From contig CAWJMB010000002.1 of NCBI GenBank assembly GCA_963843845.1, positions 3,168,001-3,232,000 of the forward strand: a stretch of 64,000 bases of DNA, written 5' to 3'. A program made the translations under genes and the position numbers. Every line of letters begins with the position of its first letter. The first letter of the stretch is position 1. The stretch comes from an uncultured Gemmatimonadaceae bacterium. GTDB lineage: Bacteria; Gemmatimonadota; Gemmatimonadetes; Gemmatimonadales; Gemmatimonadaceae. The notes under the pieces are model-generated. The model was not told the DNA's origin, did no database searches, and worked only from the letters and a program-made list of their open reading frames with translations. Positions 10,557-20,895 of the stretch are shown here, in pieces.

Positions 10557-10990
10557 CCGTCCCCCCACTCCCGCCGAGCGTCGCGCGCACGCTCGACCGA
10601 TTCCGCGCCCTCGGCCGCGACGAGAAGATGCAGACGCTCGTGAGCTACGCGAAGAAGCTCGAGCCGCTCCCCGATCGCTACGCGAACATCGACCGCGCGG
10701 AATTCACCGTGCCGGAATGTCAGACGCGCGTCGACATCGTTCCCGAGCGGCGCGCCGACGGCACCCTGCACTTCTACGCCGACGTGAACGTGCGTCAATC
10801 GCCGACCGTCGCCGCCGTGCTCGCGATCACGTTCCAGGCGGTGAACGACCGGCCACCGGCGGTCACCCTGGCGCTGCCCGGCGATTACATCAGCCAGCTC
10901 ATGAGCGGCATCGGTCTCGCCGCGCGCGAAGTCGGGCTGACCGCGATGATCGAACGGTTGAAGCGCTACGCGGCCGCCACGGCCGCCTGA
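10553..10990 (+). CDS. sufE: SufE family sulfur-acceptor protein
   Basis: YAKKLEPLP..VPECQTRV with the conserved Cys. ATGA overlap with the upstream gene. Confidence 0.8.
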   Translation: MTVPPLPPSVARTLDRFRALGRDEKMQTLVSYAKKLEPLPDRYANIDRAEFTVPECQTRVDIVPERRADGTLHFYADVNVRQSPTVAAVLAITFQAVNDRPPAVTLALPGDYISQLMSGIGLAAREVGLTAMIERLKRYAAATAA

Positions 10991-11085
10991 CGGCACCCGC
11001 GCGACGCAGCACCTGCGCGGCGCCGTGCGTATTTCCCTTCGCCACACCTTCCCCCGCCTCCTTCCGATCCAGCAGAACCCCCGTC

Positions 11086-11967
11086 ATGAGATTCTCCCGC
11101 CTCGCTCTCGCCGCCGCGCTGGCGCCGCTCGCCCTCTCGGCGTCCGCCGCGCTCGCGCAGCCGCAGTTCTCGAAGAACCCGCCGAAGGGCCCGCTCGTGG
11201 AGTTCGAGCTCATGACGTGGCCCGAAGTGCAGAAGGCGCTCGCCGACGGCAAGACGACGGCGCTCATCTACACCGGCGGGACCGAACAGCGCGGGCCGCA
11301 GAACGTGAACGGCGGCCACAACCTCATGGCCCGATACACCGCGAAGGCGATCGCCGCGAAGCTCGGAAACGCGATCGTGATGCCGGTGCTGCCCTACACG
11401 CCGAACAACGCGAGCGCCACGCTTCCGGGCACGATCGGTCTCACGCCGGAGCTGCTGAGCGCCGTGCTCTATCGCATCACGGAGCAGACGATCGCGACCG
11501 GCTTCAAGAACGTCGTGCTCATGGGCGACCACGGCGGCGGACAGCCGAACGCGTACAAGGCGGTCGCCGACTCGCTCGACAAGGTCTACGCGCCGAAGGG
11601 CATCCGCGTCTTCTTCTGCGACGAGGTCTACGCGAAAGCCCAGGGCGACTTCGACAAGTGGCTGGCCGAGAACGGTTACCCCGTCAGCTCGCACGCCGGC
11701 CTCCCCGACACGTCGACCATGCTCTACCTCGACTCGCTCGGGATCTACGTCCGCAAGGATCTGATCCCGACAGCACTCGGCGACACGATGCCGCGCGGGC
11801 GCGGCGGGCCGAACGCGGCCGGGTCCAACCCCAACGCCGCGCCGCGCGTAAACAACGGGATCACGGGCGACGCGCGGCGGGCGAGCGTGGCGCTGGGGAA
11901 GCGGTCGTTTGATACCAAGGTGGAGTATGCTGTCCGACAGATCCGAGAGTTCCTTGGCCAGAAATAA
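11086..11967 (+). CDS. Creatininase-family amidohydrolase with signal peptide
   Basis: MTWPEV, GGTEQRGP, GHN, GDHGGG and HAGLPDTS motifs. Confidence 0.85.
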   Translation: MRFSRLALAAALAPLALSASAALAQPQFSKNPPKGPLVEFELMTWPEVQKALADGKTTALIYTGGTEQRGPQNVNGGHNLMARYTAKAIAAKLGNAIVMPVLPYTPNNASATLPGTIGLTPELLSAVLYRITEQTIATGFKNVVLMGDHGGGQPNAYKAVADSLDKVYAPKGIRVFFCDEVYAKAQGDFDKWLAENGYPVSSHAGLPDTSTMLYLDSLGIYVRKDLIPTALGDTMPRGRGGPNAAGSNPNAAPRVNNGITGDARRASVALGKRSFDTKVEYAVRQIREFLGQK

Positions 11968-13093
11968 TCGGCGCTTCGCGCGCCGCGCCGCCGTCGCCCT
12001 GGCGGCCGCCGCGGTCGGGAGCGCGACGCCGTGTGCCGCGCAGAGCGGCACGACGCCGCAGCCGTCACCCGGCGCAGCGGCTCGCGCCAGGCGCGACTCC
12101 GTCGCGCGGCTGACGCCCGACCAGATCGCCGCGACCGCGAAGCTGACGATCGCGGTCGGCATGCTGCGCGACACGACGCAGAAGTACCTCGCGATGTCGC
12201 GCAACAAGACGGTCGAGGCGCAGGGGCGGCTCCGCGACGACCTCGTGACGCAGGTGAAGAAGCTCGTCACCGACGCCGGTATGACCGACGCCGAGTACCG
12301 ACGGAGGATGTTCCTCGTCAGCACGGACTCGTCGATGCGCGTCGCCTACGAGACGGCCGTGACGAAGCTGACGGGTGTCGTCCCCGCCGGCCCCGCCGCC
12401 GCCGGCGCGACGAACGCCTCGGCCGGCGTCGCCGCCGCGGCCGCACCCACGGCCGGCGGCGCGGCGGCGGAGCCTGCGACGGCGAAAGGCGCCGACCCTG
12501 CGCAGATGCTCGCCGTGCCCCCCGGTCCGGCCGGCGTGCACGTCGGGCACGTCGCGAACGCGTTCGGGGACACACCCGGCGGACGCGGCCTCCTGCCGAC
12601 GGCGATGGCGGAGGCACGTACGGCGGCGCAGCACGCGGCGCTCGCCATGCGCACGCCGGACAACCTCGCGTCGATCCAGACGCACGCCCGGCACGTGCTG
12701 CACGCGGTCGACCCGACGGCCGACATGAAAGGCCCCGGCCTCGGCTACGGCGTGAAGCGCGCGGCGACCGGCGTCGCCGCGCACGCCGAGTTGGCGGCGA
12801 AGGCGCAGGGAGCGCCCGAGTCCGTCGTCATGCACGCCGCGCACGTCGCGACGGCGGCGCGCAACAGCGCCAAGCGCGCCGACGACATGGCCGTCCTCGT
12901 CCGCAAGATCGAGGCGTCCACGACCGCGGCCGACGCCGCGGCGCTCGCCTCGCAGCTCCAGGCGCTCGCGAACGAGCTGGTCGGCGGCAAGGACGCGAAC
13001 ACCAACGGCCGTGTCGAGATCGCGGAGGGTGGGCTCGCCATGTGCGAGGAGCACGTGAAGCTCATGGTCGGCGCGCCCCCCGGCGGACGCTGA
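11927..13093 (+). CDS. Secreted His-rich hypothetical protein
   Basis: Signal-like N-terminus, Ala/Pro linker, helical domain with HVGHV, HARHVLH and MHAAH. Confidence 0.7.
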   Translation: MLSDRSESSLARNNRRFARRAAVALAAAAVGSATPCAAQSGTTPQPSPGAAARARRDSVARLTPDQIAATAKLTIAVGMLRDTTQKYLAMSRNKTVEAQGRLRDDLVTQVKKLVTDAGMTDAEYRRRMFLVSTDSSMRVAYETAVTKLTGVVPAGPAAAGATNASAGVAAAAAPTAGGAAAEPATAKGADPAQMLAVPPGPAGVHVGHVANAFGDTPGGRGLLPTAMAEARTAAQHAALAMRTPDNLASIQTHARHVLHAVDPTADMKGPGLGYGVKRAATGVAAHAELAAKAQGAPESVVMHAAHVATAARNSAKRADDMAVLVRKIEASTTAADAAALASQLQALANELVGGKDANTNGRVEIAEGGLAMCEEHVKLMVGAPPGGR

Positions 13094-13113
13094 TCGAACG
13101 TGCCGGGAAGCGA

Positions 13114-13145
13114 GAGGGCCGCGGTGCAATTGCACCGCGGCCCTC
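13114..13145. terminator. 32-bp perfect palindrome, probable bidirectional terminator
   Basis: GAGGGCCGCGGTGCAATTGCACCGCGGCCCTC between convergent genes. Confidence 0.7.
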
Positions 13146-13181
13146 GCTGCGTCAGGCGGATTCGAGCGTCAGGCGGCCCGC

Positions 13182-13424
13182 TCAGTCGTGGTTCCGTTCG
13201 TACGCCGCCTGCTGATTGATCCGGTCCCTCGCCTGCGACCGGTCGCGAGCCGTCGTCTCGCGTCGTAGCACGTCACGCGTCGACTGCGAGCGCACGGCGG
13301 CCATGAACGGGAGTCGCTCGAGCGACTCGCTCCCACACGCCGGACAGACCGGCGTGGCCGATCCGCGTACGAGGATCTCCGACTCGACCTCGCACGCGGT
13401 GCAGCGGTAATCGTAGAGCGGCAT
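13182..13424 (-). CDS. FmdB-family zinc ribbon protein
   Basis: MPLYDYRCTAC...CPACGS. Confidence 0.88.
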   Translation of the reverse strand: MPLYDYRCTACEVESEILVRGSATPVCPACGSESLERLPFMAAVRSQSTRDVLRRETTARDRSQARDRINQQAAYERNHD

Positions 13425-13436
13425 CCGTGACGCGTC

Positions 13437-15911
13437 TCAGCAGGAGACGCAGAGATGCTGGTTCTTCGCACCGAGCTTCTCGAGCAGCTCGATCGTCTCC
13501 GGGAACGGACGCAGACGCTGCACCGGGCCATTCGCCATGTCGACGACCGTGCGCCCCGTACGCGACACCGCCTTCACGTCGGCACCCTTCGAGACGAGGT
13601 ACTTGATCATCTCGTTGTCGCCGCGCGACGCCGCGTGGTGGAGCGGCGTGTAGCCGTTATTGTCGCGCGCGTTCACGTCCATCTTCAGCTCTTCGACCAT
13701 GTAGCGCATCGCCGACATCCATGCCTCGGGCGCGTGACGGTGCGCGTTGCCGGCGAACCCGTTGCCGTAGCCGACGCCCGCCGCCGCGTGGATAGGGAAC
13801 ACGCCCGAGCCGACCGGGGCCACCTTCGCCATCGCCTCGACCTCGGGATCGAGCTTGAGCGTGAGTCCGTCGCCGAGCCCCGCACCGATCGCCGCGACGC
13901 TCGGCGCTCCGCCGGCCGGACGACCGCCCGCCGCCTGAGCGCGACCGCTGTCGGCCCGCGTCGCCGTGCTCCCGGCCGCCGCCGTCGCCGCCGCGCGACG
14001 CGTCTGACGCGCCGCGCTGTCCGCGGCGGTCGCCGGCGCACCACCCGCCCCGGGAGCCGGCGCGACGGTGCCAGGCGTCGGCTGGAGCCCGCCGCCGCGC
14101 GCGATCGCCCGCGGCGGGATCGATGCCGTATTCACCTCGGCGCCGAACTTCGCGAGCAGCTTCATGAGGTCGACGTCGAGCGCGTAGGCGGCACGCCAGA
14201 ACGCCGTCGTTCCGTCGAGCTGCTCGAGCCCGCAGTTGCCGCTGCCACAGTTGTTGTACACGAACCACCACGGCTGCTTGCCGAGGCGGTCGTTCGGCTT
14301 CGCGCCTTTCTTGAGCAGCGCCTCTGCGAGCTCGACATAGCCGGTCCGCTGCGTCGCGATCGCCTGCACCTGCGGATAGCGCGACTTCGGCGCCCACTGC
14401 GCATTGATCGTCGCGTAGAGCGGCGTCATGCCGTAGGGCGTCGTCACGTTCGGGTCGGCGCCCCCCTCGATCAGCTTCATCGCGACGTCGAACTGTCCGT
14501 TCATGGTCGCGACGAGCAGAGGCGTCATCCTGTCGACGTACGCCGTGTCGTTCACATTCGCGCCGCCGGCGATGAGCGCTTCGGCCGCCGCGACGTTCCC
14601 CTGCCGCGCCGCGTGGTGCAGCGCCGTCAGCCCGCCCACCTTGCCGACCTGCTTTCCGTACCCAGCCACGCCGCCGTTCGCGGTGTCGACGTTCTCGCGC
14701 ACCGAATCCGTCGTGACCTTCGGGGCGAGCAGGATCGCGCGTCCCGAGTCGATCGCGGCCTGAATCTGCTGGGTCGTGAACGGCCCGCGTGGCATGCGAA
14801 CGGGAAGTCCGCGGCCGAAGCCGGCCGCGAGGTTCGCACCGGCTGCAGTCGACGGCGACGCACCGGTCGCGGGCGCCGCATTCGGCACCGCCGCGGCCGA
14901 CGCGGCCGACGCGGCCGTCGGCGCGTTCACCGTGGTGACCGCGGAGTCGCGCGGCGTCGAGCTCGTCGGCGCGCTCCCGGCCGAGGTCGTGTGCGCCGGA
15001 TACACCGGCGTTCCTGGCGTCGCCGCCGCCGCCGCGGCCGCGACCGCAGCCGCCGTTCCTTGTGCCGCTGGAGCCGCGCCACCCGCCGCCGGCGCACCCG
15101 GCGCGCCGCCGCGCCCGCCCGCACCCGCACCCGCGCCGCCGAGCGCCGCGAGATTGGCGCGGGCCGCCGCGAGCGCCTTCTGGTAGTCGGCGTCCGCCGA
15201 GTCCTTCCGCGCTTTCGGCTCGAACGTGATGAGCACCGCGTTCCGCTTCTTCTCCGCCGCCTGCTCGCGCGCCGCCTGCTCGGTGACGTTCACGACCGTC
15301 GTGTGGATCGACGCATCGGCCCCGCCCTTCATGAGCGCCGTGATCGCCGCCGCACGGTCCCGCTCGGCGGCGAAGATGAGCGGCGTCTGTCCCCACACCG
15401 ACTCTCTCGCGTTCGCGTCGGCGCCCTTCGCGATGAGCGCTTTCACGACGTCCGGATTCCCGGCTTCGGCAGCGAGGTGCAGCGGCGTCGCCCCACCGAT
15501 CGTCGTCGCCCTGACATCGGCGCCGGCGGCGAGCAGCACGCGCGTCGCCGCCGCGTTGCCGCCGCGCGCCGCGAGGTGCAGCGGCGTGTAGTCGGCGAGG
15601 CGTGTCCGCGCCTTCGCGTCCGCCTTGGCCCGCACGAGCGCCAGCGTCATCGCCGAGTCGCCGCGCTCGGCGGCCCAGTGCAGTGCCGTCATCCCGTCGC
15701 CCTGGGGCGCGTTGACGTCGCTCCCCTGCGCGATGAGCTGCCGCACCTCGATGAGATTGCCGCGCTGGGCGGCCTCGGCGATCGGCGCGCGTGACGACGG
15801 CGCGGTCGCCGGTTTCACCGGCTTGACCGGGTCGGCCGGCGGAGCGGCGGCGATGCCGCCGCCGAGCACGGCGACGGAGAAGGCGAGCGGTTGGAGCGAG
15901 CGAGCGCGCAT
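13437..15911 (-). CDS. Secreted ankyrin-repeat protein
   Basis: Multiple GxTPLHxAA-type repeats, signal peptide and Ala-rich inserts. Confidence 0.92.
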   Translation of the reverse strand: MRARSLQPLAFSVAVLGGGIAAAPPADPVKPVKPATAPSSRAPIAEAAQRGNLIEVRQLIAQGSDVNAPQGDGMTALHWAAERGDSAMTLALVRAKADAKARTRLADYTPLHLAARGGNAAATRVLLAAGADVRATTIGGATPLHLAAEAGNPDVVKALIAKGADANARESVWGQTPLIFAAERDRAAAITALMKGGADASIHTTVVNVTEQAAREQAAEKKRNAVLITFEPKARKDSADADYQKALAAARANLAALGGAGAGAGGRGGAPGAPAAGGAAPAAQGTAAAVAAAAAAATPGTPVYPAHTTSAGSAPTSSTPRDSAVTTVNAPTAASAASAAAVPNAAPATGASPSTAAGANLAAGFGRGLPVRMPRGPFTTQQIQAAIDSGRAILLAPKVTTDSVRENVDTANGGVAGYGKQVGKVGGLTALHHAARQGNVAAAEALIAGGANVNDTAYVDRMTPLLVATMNGQFDVAMKLIEGGADPNVTTPYGMTPLYATINAQWAPKSRYPQVQAIATQRTGYVELAEALLKKGAKPNDRLGKQPWWFVYNNCGSGNCGLEQLDGTTAFWRAAYALDVDLMKLLAKFGAEVNTASIPPRAIARGGGLQPTPGTVAPAPGAGGAPATAADSAARQTRRAAATAAAGSTATRADSGRAQAAGGRPAGGAPSVAAIGAGLGDGLTLKLDPEVEAMAKVAPVGSGVFPIHAAAGVGYGNGFAGNAHRHAPEAWMSAMRYMVEELKMDVNARDNNGYTPLHHAASRGDNEMIKYLVSKGADVKAVSRTGRTVVDMANGPVQRLRPFPETIELLEKLGAKNQHLCVSC

Positions 15912-15958
15912 GCGGGCGGTCCTCTAATCCGAGTGCGACAGAGTCGTGAGCGCGGTCT

Positions 15959-17392
15959 TCACTTCGACGACGTCTCGGACGCCGCCATCGGCGCCTCGAG
16001 CGGCGCGTTCAGTGCGAACTCGCCGGTGCTGTCGCCGAAGCTCTTCAGGTCGTCGTGTCCGAACTCGTGGAGCAGCGTCAGGAACACGTTCGCCATCGGC
16101 GTACCGTCCGGCGCCTTGAGGTGCAGGTCCCCCTGCAGCTTTCCATTCCCGTGGCCGAGCAGAATGAGCGGGCAGCGGCGGTGCGCGTGGATGTTCGGGT
16201 CCGACATCGGCGACCCGTAGAGGATCACCGTCTGGTCGAGCAGGTTCCCGCCCTCGTCCGTCGACTCCTGCAGCTTGTCGAGGAAGTAGGGGATCATGCT
16301 GACGTGGTAGCGGTTGATCTTGTTGAAGTCGAGGATTCCCGACTCGCGTCCGCCGTGGTGCGACGCCGGATGGAACGGCTTGTCGGTACCGCTCTCCGGG
16401 AACTGCCGTGTCGAGGCGTCACGCCCGGTCTTGAACGTCGAGACGCGCGTCATGTCCGACTGGAAGGCGAGCACCTGGACGTCGAACATCAGGCGCATGT
16501 GCTCCTCGAACGAGTCGGGCACGCCGATCGGTGCCTCGGGCAGCTCGCGCGGGTCGCCCTTCGAGTTCTTCGCCTCGACCGCCTGAATGCGGCGCTCGAG
16601 CTCGCGAACGTCGGTCATGTACTTGTCGAGCCGCTGCCGGTCGCCGGCGCCGAGCTGACGCTTGAGGCCGGCGAGGTCGCCGACCACCCAGTCGAGGATG
16701 CTGGCGTTCGCCTGACGGCGCACCGCGCGATCGGCGTGGTTCGCGCCGGCGCCGAACAGCATGTCGAACGCGACGCGCGGGTTACGGATCATCGGGAGGG
16801 GCTCGGTCGGTCCGCCCCAGCTCACCGTATCCGTGTAGGCGCAGGCATAGTTGTACTCGCAGCCACCGGCGCGGTCGAGATCGTCGATGCAGAGCTGCAG
16901 CGACGGAATCGCCGTCTCACCCGCGAACTTCCTCGCCACGATCTGATCGACCGACGTGCCGGCGTAGACGTCCGAGCCCTGCGTCTGCTTGGGGTGCGAC
17001 TGCGTGAGGAACACCGCGCTCGACCGGAAGTGATCGCCGCCGATCTCCGGCGCCTCGAACGCTTCCGCCATGCGCACGTCGGTGTTGCTGACGATCGTCA
17101 GATGCTTCCGGTACTTCTCGAGCGGCGAGAGCGCGCTCTCCGGCGTGATCTCGAAGTTGCGCCCGACCCCGGCCGGCGCCCACAGATGCTTCGAGGCGCC
17201 CCACACGTTCGAGCCGGCCGCGCCGTGCACCGACTCCATGCACACGAAGCGCGTCTTCTGCGCCGCGGCGCCGAAGCGGCTCGCCCGCCGGAACGCCGGC
17301 GTCATGGCGTCGAGGTACGGCAGCGCGACGACGGCGCCCATCCCCTGAAGGAACGTTCGGCGCTCGATCGCCTTCCCGGTCACGAATTGCAT
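15959..17392 (-). CDS. DUF1552 domain protein (Tat-type RRTFL)
   Basis: RRTFLQGMG..LPYLDAM, SVDQIVA, YACAYTDTVSW, FQSDMTRV and LDQTVILYGS. Confidence 0.88.
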   Translation of the reverse strand: MQFVTGKAIERRTFLQGMGAVVALPYLDAMTPAFRRASRFGAAAQKTRFVCMESVHGAAGSNVWGASKHLWAPAGVGRNFEITPESALSPLEKYRKHLTIVSNTDVRMAEAFEAPEIGGDHFRSSAVFLTQSHPKQTQGSDVYAGTSVDQIVARKFAGETAIPSLQLCIDDLDRAGGCEYNYACAYTDTVSWGGPTEPLPMIRNPRVAFDMLFGAGANHADRAVRRQANASILDWVVGDLAGLKRQLGAGDRQRLDKYMTDVRELERRIQAVEAKNSKGDPRELPEAPIGVPDSFEEHMRLMFDVQVLAFQSDMTRVSTFKTGRDASTRQFPESGTDKPFHPASHHGGRESGILDFNKINRYHVSMIPYFLDKLQESTDEGGNLLDQTVILYGSPMSDPNIHAHRRCPLILLGHGNGKLQGDLHLKAPDGTPMANVFLTLLHEFGHDDLKSFGDSTGEFALNAPLEAPMAASETSSK

Positions 17393-17505
17393 GGCGAACT
17401 CCTCGACTGTGTGTGGCGCTGCTCGGTGGGCGCTGCCTGATCCGCTACGACTCTGCAAACTCTAACGATAGGACGATCGAACGAACTGGGAAGAGCCGAA
17501 CCGGC

Positions 17506-20020
17506 TCACGGTGCCTCGCCCGCTGACGCGACGGCCGGTTCTGCGCGCCGCATCAGGAATGCCGGGCTGTTCACGACACCGGTCACGAACGTCGAGAACT
17601 TGTAGCCGCTCGCTCCGGCGCGCCGCGAGACCGCGCGCACCGTCGTCTCGTCCTCGTCCGCGATGCGGCGGCCGAGGGCGTACGCCATCAGGTTCTCGGT
17701 GAACGCGCGCATGAGCGGGATGGGCCGCTTCAGCAGCGCCTTCGTCAACTCCGACGGGTTCGTCACCGGCGTCCCGTCGTACATGTTGCCGCGGGTGTCG
17801 AGCGGCGCGCCGTTCTCGCGATAGCGCCAGCGCCCGGTCACGTCGAAGTTGTCGAGCGCGAGCCCGATCGGGTCCATGTACTGGTGGCAGGTGCGGCAGG
17901 TCGCCGCCTTGCGATGCTCCTCGGTGCGCTCACGCGTCGTCAGCACGCGCCCCTCGATGCCCCCCTTCGTCTCTTCGAGCGACGGCACGTCCGGCGGCGG
18001 CGGCGGCGGCGGCATGCCGATCAGCACCTCCATCACCCACTTGCCGCGCAGCACCGGCGACGTGCGCGTCGCGACCGAGGTCTGCACCGAGGATGCTTCC
18101 CTGCCCGAGCACGCCGCGGCGCGTCGCGTCGGGGTACGTCACCTTGCGGAAGTGGTCGCCCGAGATGTTCGGGATGCCGTAGTGCCGCGCGAGCTTCGCG
18201 TTCACGAACGTGTAGTCCGCGTTGAACACGTCGAGCACGCTGCGGTCGCGCTGCACGATGTCGGCGAAGAACAGCTCCGTCTCGCGCTTCATGAGCTGAC
18301 CCATGTGGTCGTCGAAGTCCGGGAACCAGAACACGTCCGGGCGGACTTTCTCGACGTCCTGCAGGCGCAGCCACTGACCGGCGAAGCGGGTCGCCAGCGC
18401 CTCCGACTTCGGATCGGCGAGCATCCGCTTGACCTCGGCGTTCAGCACGACCGGCGTCGACAGCGTCTTCGCCGCCGCGAGGCGGAGCAGCCGGTCGTCC
18501 GGGATGGAGCCCCAGAGGAAGAACGAGAGGCGCGACGCCAGCTCGTAGTCGCCGATCTTGTAGTCGCGGCCGGCCACCGCGTTCGGCGGCGCCTGCTCGA
18601 AGCGGAAGACGAAGCGCGGACTCGCGAGCATCGCCTGGAGCGCCGAGCGCACGCCGGCTTCGAAGCCGCCCTTCGCCGCGGCACGATCGTAGAACGTGAG
18701 CAGCCCGTCGCGGTCGCCCTTCGTGAGCGGGCGACGGTAGGCACGGAGCCCGAGCCGCGTCACGATCTGCTCGGCGCAGGCGCGCGCGGCGAGCGTCGCC
18801 GACGGGCGGCAGGAGAACACCAGCTTGCGGCTCGGCGTCTCGGAGACGCCGAAGCTCTTCGATGGCCCGACGATGCCGAGGTCGGTGATGTGCGCCGGGT
18901 ACGTCGTGCCCTCGGTGGCCGAGCCGTTCGAGGCGTTCGACCAGTCGGGCGGCTTGATGAGGTCCTCGTACGGGCCGTCGGTGCGGCGCACGAACGCGAC
19001 CGAGATCCGGTGCTGGCCGGCCGTCACGCGGATCGGCACGGTCTTGTACAAATCGATGCCGTGGAAGATCGTCTGCATCTTCTGCGACGTGTTCACGCCG
19101 GGCTCGTACTTGAGCAGCGCGACGCGCTCCCCGTCGATGGAGACGTCGACCTCCTCGAGCCCCATGCCCTGACTGCCTTCGACCGTGTACCGGAGCTCGT
19201 ACATGCCGTCGGTCGGGAAGACGTGCTGGGCGACGATGCCGCCGCGCGTTCCCATCGGCGCGCCGTCGACGTGGTCCCACGGGTGCTGGGAGCCGAACGG
19301 CGAGGTGCGGTATTGCTTCAGCGTCTCGGGCGCCGCGGAGTCACCGACGGCGAGCGTGCTCACGGCGGCGGCGGCGTTCAGGTAGGACTCGAGCAGCGTC
19401 GGCGAGAGCATCTGCGCCGCCGCGATGTTGTCGAAGTTCGCGCTCTTCGTGTCGAGCGGAAGCCAGTCGCCGGCGTTGACCGTGATGCCGAGCAGGTCGC
19501 GGATGGAGCGCTCGTACTCCGAGCGGTTCATTCGCTGGAACGACCGCGAACCCGGGTTGGGCAGCGCGCCGGTGTCGAGAACGCGCTCGATGGCCGCCGC
19601 GACGCGCTGGAGCGTGTCGCCGCTCGGGCGCGGCACGCCAGGGAGCGGCATCATCTCCGTCCGGAGCTTCCGGATCATCTTCTCGGCCTTCGCCCGCGCC
19701 GTGTCGGCGCGCGCGATGTCGAAGCCCTCGAGCGAGATGTTGCCCATCAGCATGCCGTCGCTATGACAGTCCATGCAGTAGGCGTCGACGACCTCGTTCA
19801 GCGTGGTGATGGTCGGGTCCGCGCCCGGCGGCGCGACGCGACGCGCGCGGCGCGACGCGCGCGGCGCGCGACCGCTGTGCGCGGCATCGGCAGCGTTCGC
19901 CGCCCGCGCGATGGCCGGCGTCGGAACGAGCGCGCGGCGCCCGTCGGTCCGCGCCGACAGACCCGCCTTGAACGAGAGCACCGCCGTCGCCGCTGCGACG
20001 GTCACGAACGCGATCCGCAT
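17506..20020 (-). CDS. DUF1592/DUF1588/DUF1595/DUF1587/DUF1585 multidomain c-type cytochrome; frameshift near 18088
   Basis: CMDCH and CRTCH heme motifs, RMNRSEYE, ELASRLSFFLW, FAGQWL and TSPVLRGKWV. The two ORF pieces join after removing 1 base. Confidence 0.88.
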
Positions 20021-20132
20021 CCGACTTCCTCCAAACGCCGGAACCTCATCGGGGAACGGGGTGTCCCACGATGCCTCCTAAACGCGCCAGCAGCAGAATC
20101 GTTGTGCCGCGCGTAGAAAGACACACCAGCCT

Positions 20133-20807
20133 ATGGAGATTCGTCGGATGACGCTGCTCGTTCCAGCCCCACGCTTCGCGATTCTGTCCCTCGTCACGCT
20201 CGCAGCGCTGCCGGTACTGCCGGCGCTGGCCGGCGCTCAGGCGAAGCCCGCCGCCGCGAAGGGCGCGAGTCTTCGCTACGCCGTCGCGCCGACGGGGAAC
20301 GAGGCGCGCTACCGCGTGCGCGAGCAGCTCGTCGGACGCGACCTGCCGAACGATGTGATCGGCGTCACGAAGTTCGTGAGCGGCCGCATCATCGTCGACC
20401 AGGACGGCAAGGTGCGCCAGGACAGCTCGAAGATCGTCGTCCTCGTCGACAGTCTGAAGAGCGACCAGACGCGGCGCGACAACTACCTCCGCCGCCGCAC
20501 GCTTGAGACGACGAAATACCCGAACGTCGAGATCGTTCCGACGTCGATTCAGGGGCTGCTGACGCCGATGGCGCCGGGCACGACGCGCACGCTCACGCTG
20601 ACCGGCAACGTCACGATCCACGGCGTCACCCGCCCGACGACCTGGCAGGTCGTCGCCCGCCCCGACGGCTCGGCGGTCGTCGGCACGGCGACGACGGCGT
20701 TCACGTTCAAGGACTTCACGCTCGAGCAGCCGAAGGTGCCGATCGTGCTCAGCGTGGCCGACACGGTGAAGCTCGAATACGACTTCCGCTTCGTGCCGAT
20801 GCCGTAA
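20133..20807 (+). CDS. YceI-family periplasmic polyisoprenoid-binding protein
   Basis: Signal peptide, SLKSDQTRRDNYLR, LETTKYP and GNVTIHGVTRP. Confidence 0.88.
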   Translation: MEIRRMTLLVPAPRFAILSLVTLAALPVLPALAGAQAKPAAAKGASLRYAVAPTGNEARYRVREQLVGRDLPNDVIGVTKFVSGRIIVDQDGKVRQDSSKIVVLVDSLKSDQTRRDNYLRRRTLETTKYPNVEIVPTSIQGLLTPMAPGTTRTLTLTGNVTIHGVTRPTTWQVVARPDGSAVVGTATTAFTFKDFTLEQPKVPIVLSVADTVKLEYDFRFVPMP

Positions 20808-20823
20808 CGTTCGCGGGACGATG

Positions 20824-20887
20824 TGACGGAAGGGACAGACGGGACAGAAGAAATGCTTTTCTTCTGTCCCGTCTGTCCCTTCCGTCA
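20824..20887. repeat. Perfect 30-bp inverted repeat with 4-nt loop (terminator or REP-like)
   Basis: TGACGGAAGGGACAGACGGGACAGAAGAAA-TGCT-TTTCTTCTGTCCCGTCTGTCCCTTCCGTCA between convergent genes. Confidence 0.85.
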
Positions 20888-20895
20888 ATAAACGC

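Noticed and set aside
13455..15794. Long antisense ORFs (e.g. 13455-15794, 17849-20116, 5541-7370)
   Set aside because: Shadows of real genes caused by stop-codon scarcity; no motifs.
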